From positions 1 to 64,000 of the forward strand of contig NIVC01003461.1 in assembly GCA_002269645.1 (NCBI GenBank): DNA of 64,000 bases, read 5' to 3'. The position numbers and the translations under genes were made by a program. Positions 49,684 to 62,489 of this stretch are shown in pieces; the stretch's first letter is position 1; each line of letters begins with the position of its first letter. The notes beneath the pieces are model-generated. The model was not told the DNA's origin and did not search any database. It worked only from the letters and a program-made list of their open reading frames with translations. The DNA comes from Macrostomum lignano. Its lineage: Eukaryota.

Positions 49684-50941
49684 TTCGGTTGGGGAGAAAG
49701 TTCTTGCAGTTTCTAGAACTTTCTGTCAAACTGAGTTTTTTTAAAACAAAAAGCCAATTAAGAAACAAAATGATCACTATCACAATCTATCACCTTCTGC
49801 CATTTTTGGGCAGACTCATAATACTGTCACTGTAAAATTTCTCTGGCTTTGAAGTGAAAAAGTTGTTCAGCCAGTTATCGAGCTCTTCATTATCAGCGAA
49901 GGTTTTGTTGTTCAAGGCGTTGGCCAGAGACAAAAACAGGTGATAGTCGCTTGGTGCCAAGTCTGGTGAATACAGTGGATGGGGCACCAATTCCCAGCCA
50001 AGGTCCAATAGCTTTTGGCGAGTCACCCTAGCAGTGTGTGGACGAGCCTTATCATGGAGGAATCGTACCGGGCCATGGTTCGGACGCTTCTGTGTGATGG
50101 CGGCGGCCAATCAGTCCAGCTGTTGGCAGTATAGGTTGGCCGTAATCGATGTGTTGGTGGCAGCAGTTCGTAGTACATGACGCCCTTGCAGTCCCACCAC
50201 ACACACAGCATGACCTTGCGTGGGTGGAGTCCGGCCTTTGACTGCAGCTCAGGCGTCGCGTCAGCATCAACCCATAATTGTCGACGTTTGATGTTGACGT
50301 ACAGGCACCACTTTTCATCGCCCGTAATGATGGACTTCAGCCAGTTGTGCGTGCGCCTGTAGGAGAGGAGAGAAGTGGCCAACTCTGCCCTGCGCTCCTT
50401 GTCCCAATCTGACAATTGGTGGGTACCCATTGTGCCAGCTTGTACACCTTGCCCAGCTGATGCAAATGACTGGTGACCATTTTATGGTCTACATCAAGGA
50501 CTAGCACTAACTCACGCGTGGTTTGCCGAGGGTCAAGCCTCTACGAGTGTGCGCAGCCAGTCGTCATCAACCTTGGAGGGATGACCTGACCGGGACAAAT
50601 CTTCGAGGTTAAAATTTCCCTGGTGAAACTGCGCAAACCAATCCTGGGCGGTGCGTTCAGATCGAGACACGGTACCCGCACCAAATGCAGCGTTGATACG
50701 GCGGCTGGATTCTGCAGCTGACAGTCCAGATTTGAAGTCATAGAGCAGGAGACCACGAATATAGGCCCGAGAGAGATCCATAATGCTGGTGACTAGTGAG
50801 TAATCTCTTTGGTTTAAATAGCATGTTAGAATCACACACACCCACCCTCAATATATACCCACACAGCCGGGCTCTGGAATGTTCCAGAAAGTTCTTAGAC
50901 AGAAAGTTCTAGAAACCGCGGGAACTTTCTCCCCAACCGAA
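49684..50941 (-). mobile_element. Tc1/mariner (DD34D) DNA transposon, decayed
   Basis: About 44-bp TIRs TTCGGTTGGGGAGAAAGTT... (3 mismatches), with TA on both sides (49682-49683 and 50942-50943). Confidence 0.95.
49750..50781 (-). pseudogene. mariner transposase pseudogene
   Basis: MDLSRAYIRGLLLYDF, WVP, ITGDEKW, HDKARPH and YSPDLAPSDYHLF motifs spread over several frames with stops. Confidence 0.93.
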
Positions 50942-53900
50942 TATAATAAAGATTCAATGTTGTGGCCATCTTAGTCTTATACCAATATTTTTATAATGAC
51001 ATTGAGTATTGTTTTGAAGGTATCCTAAATTATAAAAAGCACATTTTAAATAACTCAATACTAAGTTTTATAGTTGGTGTGAATTTAGCCTTTTTGCAGA
51101 TAAACTAGTAGTAGACAAATTAACTGGATAGCACTAAAGGCTCTAGACCTTTTCCAAGCTGGCTCAATTTTTTCAAGCTATTTTCAATGATTTTCAATCA
51201 AGTTCACATGATGGCTATCCTGTAGAATTGTTTGTTAAATTAATTGTATGCATATTTTTTTAATTGTTTAGCTATTTTTAAATAAATTTTCTAAAGATGA
51301 ATGTTTTCATTATCCAGTGTGTGGATCATGTATCCATGTATGCTGGACTAAATTTGGGCATCAAGGACTTTGTATGCCAATGTATGCTAAAAAAAATGTT
51401 GCACTAAAATGTATGCCAAAAATTCCTTAAAAAAGGTAACACGGTTTTCACGAGTAGTGTTTTCTAAGAAAGGCTTTTGTATGAAAAGTGTTTTTAAAAT
51501 GTTACGAATATTCTCAATTTAAATAAACTTTTATTATACCTAAAAAAATATGTTGCAAAATTAATACTCTTAGCAAAAATTTACACTAATTTTATTCATT
51601 GTTAATTTCAAAGAAGCAAAAATTTCATCACTGACGATATAAATTTTCTGTTAGTTTATGTAAAAACGTTAATTTACATTAAAATTTTCATGCATGGCAT
51701 GACTTTATTCACCAAAATTTGTATGCCAAAAAAGTATGCATGGCTATGTTACTTGTGTACACCAATAGTGTACACCAACAAAGTTCGCCAGGGGTTGTGT
51801 ACGCCGATTATGTGCGCCAAGGACTTAGGGTGGCCATTTTGTATGCCGAAAAAGTTCTAGCATACATGCATACCATCCGCAACCTGATTCATTATGCCAA
51901 CATTTTAGAAGTGTTTAGAAGTGTCCATAATTATTAGTTCAAAGGCTGGGCAAACCTCTTGAGATGGCACAATCTATGTTGGGGCAGAAGGTTGTCCAAT
52001 GTCCACCAGCCATTTTTAAGTGGAAAGTACTTTATTTGCAATACAGCTTAATAGCACCTTTCTCATTAAAGCCCCAGAGTTTGTAACTAATTTTGGCCAT
52101 AGATACATTTTTGCCAATGACATCAGTGCACAAATTCAAAATTGCATAATTGTTAATAGCTGTTAAATTTTAGAAAAATCTGGAAAAACCCAGAAATTGC
52201 AATAGGCCTAAAAGTTTATTTATATTTACAACCCCCTACAAATGGAATTTTAATGCCAAAACACTTCTAAAATATTGGCATAATGAAAGCATTCATTTTT
52301 GGCAACTTTTGTGTCAATTGTTAAAAAAATGTGCATACAGTGAATTTAACAAACAATTCTGCAGGATAGCCTACCCACATGACATAATAAAAATGATTTG
52401 TCTATATGGTATTTTGGTAGGTATCTTGTAAGATTTTTCTGTACTGTTTTTTCATTAGCTTAGGAATATTTTGTAGCGACTATGATTGATACTACTTACT
52501 AAGGCATGTACAGAATATATTATTGTCCTATTGAAATTGATTGTCTTGCTGATATAGGTCTAATTAATTCTGCTTAGGCCAACTCCTACAGTTACTAGAA
52601 ATACTAATAACAAACTAACTCCAGCAGTTTTTATAGCATTAAAGCTTACTGAAAACATTACCACCGTTCTGTTGAAGATTTTAGAAATTTAAGTAGGCCT
52701 ATCAAAATGACGTGAATACTCTAAAGAAGGGATTTTACACAACAACATTTCTAAGAAACAGTTTTTTAACACGAACAATGAACGAAAACGATTCCTCCTA
52801 TCGGATAGGTCCGATATATATTTACGGTAAAACAATTCACTACTTCGATACATTTTATTAGCAAATTATGAAAACAAAAAATAATAAACGTTGTTAATAT
52901 TTCAAGCTTTACAATCTCTTTAAAGCCTGTAGCGATATCTGCGAGACAATACATTAAAGTATTTTAACAATGTTAGATAATTAAAAAATGTAAATTATTC
53001 TTCCGTTCCGTACATGGACAGAGTCTATTGTGACGATCTTTAGTCAGTATAAAGCAATTTTTAAAGTATAAATAACCTATTGGTGGTAGTGAAATGAAAA
53101 ATATAATTGGGTAAGGGTACCGGAATGCCCGTGCATACGCTGGTGGGTGTCTACGACGTTTGCCAGCCGACGTTGTCAGCCAGCCGATGTGCTTATATTA
53201 CATGTACGTTTGAATATCTGCCGTCAATTTGCCATTTACATCAACCCCAAAGCCCTGCACTGAAACTTAATGTACTAAGTAGTCTAGCTTACCAGAGAAA
53301 ACACTGTTGAAGACATCCGTTACATGAATTTCACGTGATAGATTAAGCTACATGTATTTAAGTAGCGAAAAAGAACTGCCTGCTTTCAGTGCGAAAGTAA
53401 CAGTTGTAGTAAAATTCCGTTTTAGTTTAAAAAGGCTTTTTGAATGAATTAAATTCTATAATTACAACTGTTAAAATGAACCAACAAATATTCAAGATTT
53501 TTTGCTTTTTTGCTCCACAAATTAAAAATTGGCAGTTCAGTAGCTGCTGCAACTGGTCTGGGAGAGGTTGCTGTATCTAGCTTGCAACCTGAATATTTCC
53601 ACTTGCAATTTTTCTTTATCTCCAACCACAGATACTTGAATAACTACTCAGCACATTTGCGTGTAAGCTACTTTCAGTTCAGTAGTACGTTAAATAAAAG
53701 CATTCTTTTGTATTAAGGCTCATTTATTGCTTTTAACCCACAGCTTAAACCCTCCAACCGCGCCTTTCCACACTACCCCCACCCGCCCCAATCTTTATTG
53801 CCTTTCACAGAATTCCAGCCTAAAGCTGCCATGTACATTTTAGTGGACTGGCTAATGTACATTATTGCTGAACCAATTAGCAAGCTGTTTACGCCTGCAA

Positions 53901-54993
53901 GCTTGGGCTTCTTCTAAACTTATCAAAGTCATTTCAGCTGACTTTATCTGTATAAAATAGCTTATGTATTCTCCTTTGCTACTGAACTGAAATTAGAAAG
54001 CTGTTTTACTAAGTATATATGCCTATGTGGCCCATCTAGTGTTATTTTAGTATCTGTGTCTCCAACCAATATCGGGGAGGTCGCAACAGCAATAAAAAAG
54101 AACTAAATAAAAATCAATCAAAGGCGAGTTCAAAGAAAACTAAATTTGACAACGTTTAGTCAGACAGCGACTTCTAAAGTAAATATTCTATATTTATCCC
54201 GACTGACATACGAATATAAAATCCGTTATAAAAAGATATTATAATAGAGGAAACAAATGTGATAGACAGAAAACTGACAGGGGCACAATAAATTTCTTGG
54301 TTTGCTTTTAATTTGTGAGTGTGCAGCTTGTGTATTTAAAAAGTGAATAGGTATTAAGTACTAATAAATATAATAATAATAGAATAGCATTAATAGTGCA
54401 GAATAGGAAAGCATAATTGCCTAGCAACTAAGCAATATATAGAGCCCTGGACGAGAGTGCAGGTGTGCAGATGCGCGGGTCTTTAATGATTAAACTAATT
54501 ACCGAATCTCCCATGCAAACACAAAGACTCAACCAAGACTGGCTTGAACGCTTGAACAAAGACGGCAAATAACCAAATAAAACAGTGGCAAGGGAAAAAA
54601 CAACAAAAAAACAAAGCAGAGCATAGAAAGAGGCTAAATTATTTGTATAGAAATATAGTCGTATATAAGCTGAAGGACAGCAGAGTATGTAGATATACTC
54701 GTAGATAGACACAGACACAATCTATAATAATAACAATAAGCAGAAAAATTCAATTGCACAGGAATTGAAAAAAAACTGCAAAATTCAGTCATTAAGTTAA
54801 AAAAAATAATTGTCTTTTCTCAATTGAATCATCACGCACTAATCGCTGATAGTGCCGACAAAAATTCAATATTCTCGTGTAAAATAAGTACTAATGGAGA
54901 GACTATACCACAGATACTGGAATAGCCAGATATGCCACTCGAAATTAAAGTGTCAAAAAGCGTCTACTCTTTTTTAGTAGTTCGTCTGCGCAG

Positions 54994-55496
54994 TGTTACA
55001 TAAAATTTTCCTTTCGTCCTTGGTATTTGTGGCCACAGGAGCATATGGAGTTAAGAATGAACAATCATTTAACTCGATGTACACAAGTGAACGCAAGACA
55101 GACGAAACTCAGGCCTAGGGGCCAGGCCCAATCTAGCTCAGCCAATCAGGGAGCAGTAAGGAGAGAGGTCGAAGTTAGACGGACGAAACCCAGCCTAGGG
55201 GACAGGCCAGATCTAGCTCAGCCAATGAGAGAGCAGTAAGAAAAGAGGTCAGTCAGGCACAAGCGGGAAAAAGGAAAGCTCAACTGTTTATCGACCTGAC
55301 TGAAACCTTCTTCGCACCCACAAAATTATAATTGAAATAAACCGGTTTCCTCTCTTGGCCACCTATTTACTCTATTGCTCGCTCGCCGTGCACACGCACT
55401 GAATTTGGGGTGTTGCTCGATCGATAATTTCACATCCGATCTAGAAAAACAAACTTTACTACTGAAAGTAGCAAGCACGCATTTTTGCGAGTAACA
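54994..55496. mobile_element. Possible solo LTR
   Basis: TGTTAC...GTAACA ends and an internal about 80-bp duplication with CCAAT boxes (55098-55252). No TSD found. Confidence 0.35.
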
Positions 55497-56080
55497 GTTC
55501 TTGTTATTCTAGTATTTGTGGTATGTCGATCCTTTTTTATCATCAATATGAAATATTTTAATTTTAAATAGAAAAAGGGAGTACATAGCTTAGTCACTAG
55601 AACAACAGAGGATTAGTTAAGCGCATTCCCATCAAAGTGATTAGCCGGTGATAATTTAATAAATGTATAAAAATTAAACTAAATATCGCACACGGAGCAT
55701 TCTACTTCTAGTGGTAGCAGCTAAGGAGAAAAAAGCTATTCTTTAAGAGAGGAGAACTACTGTTACAAAATGTCATTCTCAAAAGTAATTATGCTTTCAA
55801 TCGGCTCTAGCTGTTGTCATAGAGAGAAAACGCGCCTGCCCAGAAAACAGACGCCGATCAATCGCCATCATTGTTAGTAGTGAAAACTGCATTACCAGCA
55901 TCCCGGATGGCACAAGTTTCTTTAGTGTTTATAAAATAACCATTTATTTGTTCATTTATTAAAAAATACACTTTAGTATAGTTTGCTTGGCTTGTGGTTG
56001 TAGCTAGCGAATATTCTGCTTAGAAATTGTACACATGCTGGTCAAAGGCCCCGGCCCCACCCTCAACGGTTCAGTCAGAG

Positions 56081-57499
56081 TCACTCTGGCCGCCAGTCGG
56101 CAGCCTTGGAGGCCACATCTCGCAGCCGGCAGTACAGGGCAATGTTGGACTGCAGAAAGCTCAGGCTAACGTAGTTCATGCCGTGCTTCTGGCAGAACTC
56201 CTTAACAAGAGGCGCCGCAGCTCTCAGGTGATGCCTAGGCAGCCTGGGATACAGGTGGTGCTCCAATTGGAACTGCAGTCCGCCGTGAAACCAGTCCATC
56301 CAGGTTGGACAATCGACATCCATAGTTGAGGCCACCTGAGATCGGATGAAATGGCCGCCGTCGTCAGAATCGACCGTGCCTAATCCGTTCTTATAGTCGC
56401 ACACGGCCATGGGGAAATGGGAGATGCAGATTTGCACGTGGAGCAGGCCGGATACGGCGTGGCTGAGCAACACGAAAGCAATTGTCTGCGGCCAGGTAGG
56501 CAGCTGGCAGGCCAAGGTAAGGTACCAGATAAAGAATGTTGACATGGAGACCAGCTCGGCTACTTGAAAGTAGCGCCGTTCCCGTTTCTGATTCAAAGCG
56601 ATCAGGTGCTCGTAGGAGCGAATGTACAGGTAGAAGCGAGCCACGCACATCACCGGATAGAATACCAGGTGTTGCACTCGCATCAACAGCCGAAAGAATG
56701 GCTTGCGCTTGCCGTCGTAAAATGTAGATATCGGAGAGCTGAAGAACTCGTCAGTGATGGCTAGCAGCGGCATGTGCTGAATGTCCGGATCGTCTGTCAC
56801 CGAGTTGGTGACCAGATGGTGGACATTGTGGTTGAGCTTCCACCAGCCGATGCTGATGCCCAGCAGGGCGTTGCCAAGGAAGGCGGCCAGTCGGTGGTCG
56901 GTGAGGCGGTTGTGGGTCACAGCAGTGTGGCCCAGGTCGTGGCCAACAAAAGCCAGCTGCTGCAGATAGATGCCCAGGATACAGGCAGCCAGCACAACCC
57001 GGATAGGCCAGGCGGACTCTGGCGGGCACAGTACGCAGGCAACGGAGGCCGCTAGCAGGCAGAGAATGCGCAGCACCAGTCCCAGCTCCCAAGTTGGCTT
57101 AGTCTGAAACAGGCCCATCCGATGAAATTTGTCGCGCAAGGCGAAATAATCGCGGACAATGGGGCTCTGCTGCTGCTGATGCTTGACATCGCCGCAGCTA
57201 AACGGCTGGTTGTCCGCCTCGTTAACATTGTCATCTAATTCGCATGGCTCAATCTGGCCAATACAATAAGTTGGCAGGAATTTTCTAACCAATTCCGGAT
57301 GGTACATGCTGAACTGTACGCTGGCATCCTGGCCCCGACAGTTCTCTAAGGCCAGGGCGCCGCCCGGGTGGCGGCACAGAAAATTGGCAACGTCGTAGGC
57401 GCGACCGTCAATAGTGATGACGCAGCTGTTTGGCCGGCGTTTGGCCGCGTCAAGATCCGATTGAGACAAACGGCGGCAGGACTGGCGGCCTTGGCACAT
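56081..57499 (-). CDS. Cytochrome b5-fused front-end desaturase, Delta8-sphingolipid/Delta6-like; intronless
   Basis: Intact 472-aa ORF with HPGG heme motif and His boxes HDLGH, HNVHH and QLEHH. AATAAA on the minus strand at 55955-55960. Confidence 0.93.
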   Translation of the reverse strand: MCQGRQSCRRLSQSDLDAAKRRPNSCVITIDGRAYDVANFLCRHPGGALALENCRGQDASVQFSMYHPELVRKFLPTYCIGQIEPCELDDNVNEADNQPFSCGDVKHQQQQSPIVRDYFALRDKFHRMGLFQTKPTWELGLVLRILCLLAASVACVLCPPESAWPIRVVLAACILGIYLQQLAFVGHDLGHTAVTHNRLTDHRLAAFLGNALLGISIGWWKLNHNVHHLVTNSVTDDPDIQHMPLLAITDEFFSSPISTFYDGKRKPFFRLLMRVQHLVFYPVMCVARFYLYIRSYEHLIALNQKRERRYFQVAELVSMSTFFIWYLTLACQLPTWPQTIAFVLLSHAVSGLLHVQICISHFPMAVCDYKNGLGTVDSDDGGHFIRSQVASTMDVDCPTWMDWFHGGLQFQLEHHLYPRLPRHHLRAAAPLVKEFCQKHGMNYVSLSFLQSNIALYCRLRDVASKAADWRPE

Positions 57500-58507
57500 T
57501 GCTCTTGGCTGATTTAAGTATCGTTAACAATAAATAATTAGGCTTAAGTTGTAAATTAACTCGGGTCGTTTGCACAGTCTGTCAGCAAGCCGGGTGACTG
57601 GAGCGCAGCGCTTCTCTGTCTTATAGATTAAAAAATATTCTTTTTATTAGAAGCCGAGAGGGGTAGTGCGGGCCGTGCGGCCGTCTGCAATGAGGACAGT
57701 TGAGTCATGCGCACGAGTGCACAAAAGCGGTAAGACATGGCGCCATTCACTATATAGCTAAGAGACAGCAAAGTATGGTCCCACGAGTTCTCTAACCTGA
57801 TATGAATTCATTGCTTTGAACTGTTGAGTGTTCTTCGTAGCTTTACTTCTACGAGCAGCATGCAAAGAATGAATGCATTTTTTGTCACTAAGCGTTTAAT
57901 TGAAATGCGCCTGCCAGTAGCCGGGTGTGAGCCAAATAAAATACACAGGTTTGCCTCCTCTGCCTCGCCAATATAAAAATGCAAGAGGCAGTCTTAGCTG
58001 AAATTTTCAGCCCCAAATGCATGTGGCCACGCGCGGAATCGAACCAGGGGTTGTGGGGCGAGAGTCGGACACCGCTTGAGCTGCTCTTTCCCCCTCTGTT
58101 ATAACCGCATTGGATTCGATCACTGGGCTCAGGGGGCTATTATAGCTCTTGAGAATTAGCACAAGTTGCTTTAAACAAGAGACAGCATTCTGTTCCTGGC
58201 GTAATGTCCGCAAGATGCTGCCTCCTGTTCGTGATCCTAGGTGAACTTTGAAAAATGATCAGAGATCGATGTCTAAAATACGACTCTTAATGAGAATGAA
58301 TTTATTTCAAATGCAAGGCTCACTTAAAGGCGACTCTTACTTTTAGACTCTAATAAAAGAGGCCCCACCTGGAAAAGAAACCGGTTACCTAAGAAACAAA
58401 GAAAAAAGGTTTTGCAGTTCAGGACTGCGCATTAGGCGTTATGAAAATTGAAATGAACTGATAGCAGACCAATGTCTACGTATTTTTCACTGCGAAGGCA
58501 CGTATTG

Positions 58508-58510
<3 letters not shown>

Positions 58511-58579
<69 letters not shown>
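58511..58579. repeat. (AG)n microsatellite
   Basis: Directly visible. Confidence 0.99.
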
Positions 58580-58580
<1 letters not shown>

Positions 58581-58965
58581 CCACTAAACCAGCGAAGGCA
58601 ATTCGCAAGTGTTTGCAGACAAAGTGCCCCCCCATACGCTCCAAGGGTCGCAATAAATGCACTCCATGCCTTATCAAGTTCCACAAGGGTCAAGGGCGCC
58701 TGGGCATGCACTCAGCCCCGCATGGTCACTCGGGCAGAGAATGCAGTCAGAACGAAACTATCCTAAACTATTTAGCAATGTAAAATAAATAACGGAGAAA
58801 CACAATGGTGTTCAGTGACACCTGTCAAAATATGTAGGACGAAACTTTATTAGGCAATTTTAAATGCAATTGATGTTCGAATGTAAAGTTTTTATAAATA
58901 CAAAATCTAACATTCATAACATGAAATATAAATAGATATATATTTGCTCATTCTATACTATACTA

Positions 58966-61921
58966 TCAATCACACTCATCCTCGTCACTGCTCACAATCC
59001 CGTCATAGAGCTGCTCTAATAATTTTAATCGTTGCAACAGGTTGCAGAACCACATTCGATTCTCGGCAGACTTCAAAGCGACGGCAGACTTCAAAGTGTC
59101 GGCAGACTTCAAAGCGTCGGCAGACTTCAAAGTGTCGGCAGACTTCAAAGCGTCGGCAGACTTCAAAGCGTCGGCAGACTTCAAAGCGGCACGCGTTCTA
59201 ATTAAAGCAGACATTAAAGCATCTACAGGATCGCCGCTCTCTGTTCCAACAAAATCAGAAATAGTTGTTCGTAAAGCGTCGAAATTGGCACAAGCCGAGT
59301 CTAGCAGTTCGCTTAGGTAGGACGCGAACTCGCGACCTGCAAAACAGACGAATTTACAGTATATTTTTGCCTACATATAGCTATGGAAATTAAGCAGTAT
59401 TTGAGACTGCTAAAAAAGAATCCCCAAACAAGAAATCATTTTTTCTGCTAAGGTTTCCTAGATGGGCTGGGCTGCCGGAAACAAGTATCAATAATTCTCA
59501 TTATTTAGGAAAGGTTCAACAGGCGCACCAGCAGACAGGTGCAAAAATAATTGCTTAAGTATTTAACTGGCCCTAATAAAATCAATTTGTACCTTTCAAT
59601 TTGTGTAATTAATCTGCGGTTTGCGTCAGTCAGAAAAACCGATATTGTGCATGTGGTATTGGGTTGAACACGTCACTACGTCAACAGTTCAAAGTCAAAA
59701 TAACAAAGTTTCTTTTAGCAATTTGCAGATATTTTGGAACTTTTAAACACGTCAGACAAGATATATGAGAATTATGCTGAAGAGAAAAGTTCTCTTATCT
59801 GAGCAAATTTCGAAGTTATGAAATGTCAACGTTGCGAAAGCGACCAATTTTATGTTAACTACAATTTTGTTTAGCGGATGACTCTTCCTGAACCTGACTA
59901 ATTCTATATTTTCCAGCAAAGGCTACACACCTTCTGGCTCCTCCGAGATTGCGTAATCGCACAGAACTCCGTGATCGAAACCAACGCTATCCAAGAAGGC
60001 GTAAAACATGGCATAGCAACTGCCTAGCAACAGCGAATCCCAGCTGGCCCTAGCCAGACGAAGCTGACCTAACAGAAAGTGCAACAGATCCGAGTCCTTG
60101 GCCGACAGCAGGTGCACAAGCTCCGTAGGCGACAGTTGAGTCTGCAGCTGACGGAGCAGCTCCTGGCACCGCGGCGTCGGCGGAAGCAACAGCAACAGGC
60201 GAATAAAAGTGCAAATGAACTTTCTTTGAAGCTGACATTGATCGATTTGATGAAGCGAAGTCAGCTGAACTGATGGCCGCTTGCCAATCATGATTAGCAA
60301 AACTGTTGCCAATTCAATCAGAGCTTGGCGATCTACCAGCCATGCTGTACTCTTTGAGCACGTGCTCAACAGTTGCACACTAGCCAGGCACAGCAGCTGC
60401 CTCGATGTCAGCATTGCTGCGCCAATAGAATCCTCATCGTCAGAGTCTGACTCGTCGACAGAATTAACTAGAAATAAATTAGTAAAGTAAGGTCGAAGTC
60501 GTTAGCGGTCTCATAGTTTGATTATAACTGCTCCAAGATTGTAAACCAGCCTGTCTATCTGTCTGTCTATCTATCTGTCTATCCGTCTGTCTGTCTGTCT
60601 GTCCGTCTCTCTGTCTGTCTGTCCGTCTGTCTGTCTGTCTGTCTGTTCTTTAGCTTCAAAACTAGGCACTAGGAATTATGTTACACTACTGTCAGTAGAC
60701 AAAGTGTTTTATCGCATTGACTGGACAACACGAGGTGACTTTACTTCAAGAACGAATATTTTTACCTAAAAATTGAAACAACCTCAGCAGAACGCCAGTC
60801 AAAGCTTCCGGAAGCGACTCAGGAGCCTCTATCGCCCCGATGCGCTTTCGAAGAGCCAGCAGGCATTCGCCAAGAGCAAACGCTTCCAGACGATAGAGAT
60901 CACTGCTTGAGTCAGGATCCTGCAGTTGGGAGAGACGCCAACAAACCAGCTCAGTCAGACGGCTGATATCTACGGATACGTCACCCTTTCGCTTGGCAAT
61001 ATCGAGCAAATCAGCCAGACCAATGGCCGCCAAGGGGTCAGTCGAATGTTGGCATCGTATTAAAATTTCGTTAATTATTGCTTGGAGTAGCTCAACAGAG
61101 CGAGCCGCTTCGATAACCGTCTCAGTAACTGCGCGCAGACGCAGAGCATCGAACCAAGCTTCACTTTCAATGGCGAATCGTGCGCAATTGTGTTTAATGG
61201 CGCCAACTTGAATAAATCTTCCTGCTTCTAAATTTCCATTTTTAGAAATATTCTCCGATTGTGATTTACTTACAACGGCATCACTTCCGGTTTCTAGTTT
61301 GCTTTGAGCGGAGTCATTTCCGGTGTCCAATTTTCTTCCAACGGCATCGCTTCCGGTTTCTAATTTGGTAAGAACTGAGTCCTTTCCGGTGTCCAATTTA
61401 CTTCCAACGGCATCACTTCCGGTTTCTAATTTGGTAAGAACTGAGTCCTTTCCGGTGTCCAATTTACTCCCAACGGCGTCACTTCCGGTTTCTAATTTGC
61501 ATCGAACGGAGTCCTTTCCGGTGTCCAATTTACTTCCAACGGCGTCACTTCCGGTTGGTACCTTGCTTCTAAAAACATCACTTCCGGTTCCTAATCTACC
61601 TCCATTTAATGCATCACTTCTACTGGTGTCCAAATTACTTTCAACGGTGTCACTTCCGCTTTGTAATTTTGTTGCACTGGGTTCACTTCCGATGTTAAAA
61701 TTGATTTTAACGACATCACTTCCTTGTTTTGTTCGAACGTGTTTCAAGTTACTTTTGCTGCTATTTCCAATCTCCTGCCTGACTGGCTTACGGAGTGCAC
61801 AAGCCGAGTATTCGACTTTAACGCTGACTATTAAATCATCTTTCGAATTGTTGGCGGCGAGAAGTTTCTTACGCAAATCCGTCAGACAAAAGTGTTGCGC
61901 AACAATTTCGGCAGATTTTTC
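58966..61921 (-). CDS. LINS1: Protein Lines homolog (LINS1-like), 3 clear exons; first coding exon uncertain
   Basis: Exons 61921-60766, 60467-59931 and 59336-58966, GT-AG and phase-consistent, with no frameshift. FYAFLDSVGFDHGVLCDYAISEE and REFASYLSELL match the Lines FDxxVLLDFLISxE..FLEYF motif. Candidate first exon ATG CAG GAT ACG|gtatgc at 62443-62432. Confidence 0.78.
59065..59190 (-). repeat. Coding 18-bp repeat x7 (ALKSAD) in the LINS1 last exon
   Basis: GGCAGACTTCAAAG(C/T)G(T/A/G)C x7, in frame. Confidence 0.93.
60550..60646. repeat. (TGTC/TATC)n microsatellite in a LINS1 intron
   Basis: Directly visible. Confidence 0.95.
61280..61730 (-). repeat. Coding 33/66-bp repeat (TGSDAVGSKLD-TGKDSVLTKLE) in a LINS1 exon
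   Basis: About 4.5 copies of a 22-aa dimer plus degenerate 11-aa units upstream. Confidence 0.9.
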
Positions 61922-62489
61922 CTGGAAAGAAGTTTTTTAGAAGAGCGTGATTAGAGAAAGCGCAAATAGTATTGTTAAAAGTGCCAAAAACTAGACACAA
62001 AATACATATAAACTAGGTGCAAAGATTAATGACCACAGTATACTACTAAACGTAGTTCGACAGAAATATTTTTATTGATAAATACAAGAAAGAAGAATAG
62101 AACTGCCCGCCCCCGTGAAAAATGGGAGCTACCGAGAAAATGCTGCACTGCCGGGGTCAGCTAGATTGACGAACGTTTTATTCGATAGATTTACCGACAA
62201 CAAATCAATTTTTCCGCTTGTGAGCGCGCGGAAACAAAAGCGCCCTGGTGCGTAGCTCGTTAAGCAAATGTAGCTAATATAAAGGATACATATTTTTCTA
62301 TTTTACTATAATTATACTATGCAAGCATATTAAAGGACAAGATAGAAGACTAACAATTGTTTTGACAAGTTTGACAACAACAACACTATAATAACAGGAA
62401 GTATTTCAATAGATGGCATATTTATGCATACCGTATCCTGCATTAGGATTCAGTTGAGCGAGATGGACATTTGCGGAGTGGGGTTGCAA

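Noticed and set aside
56027-57234. Short ORFs overlapping the desaturase
   Set aside because: Antisense or alternative frames of a well-supported CDS.
58432-58783. ERERE / SLSLS ORFs
   Set aside because: (AG)n microsatellite translation.
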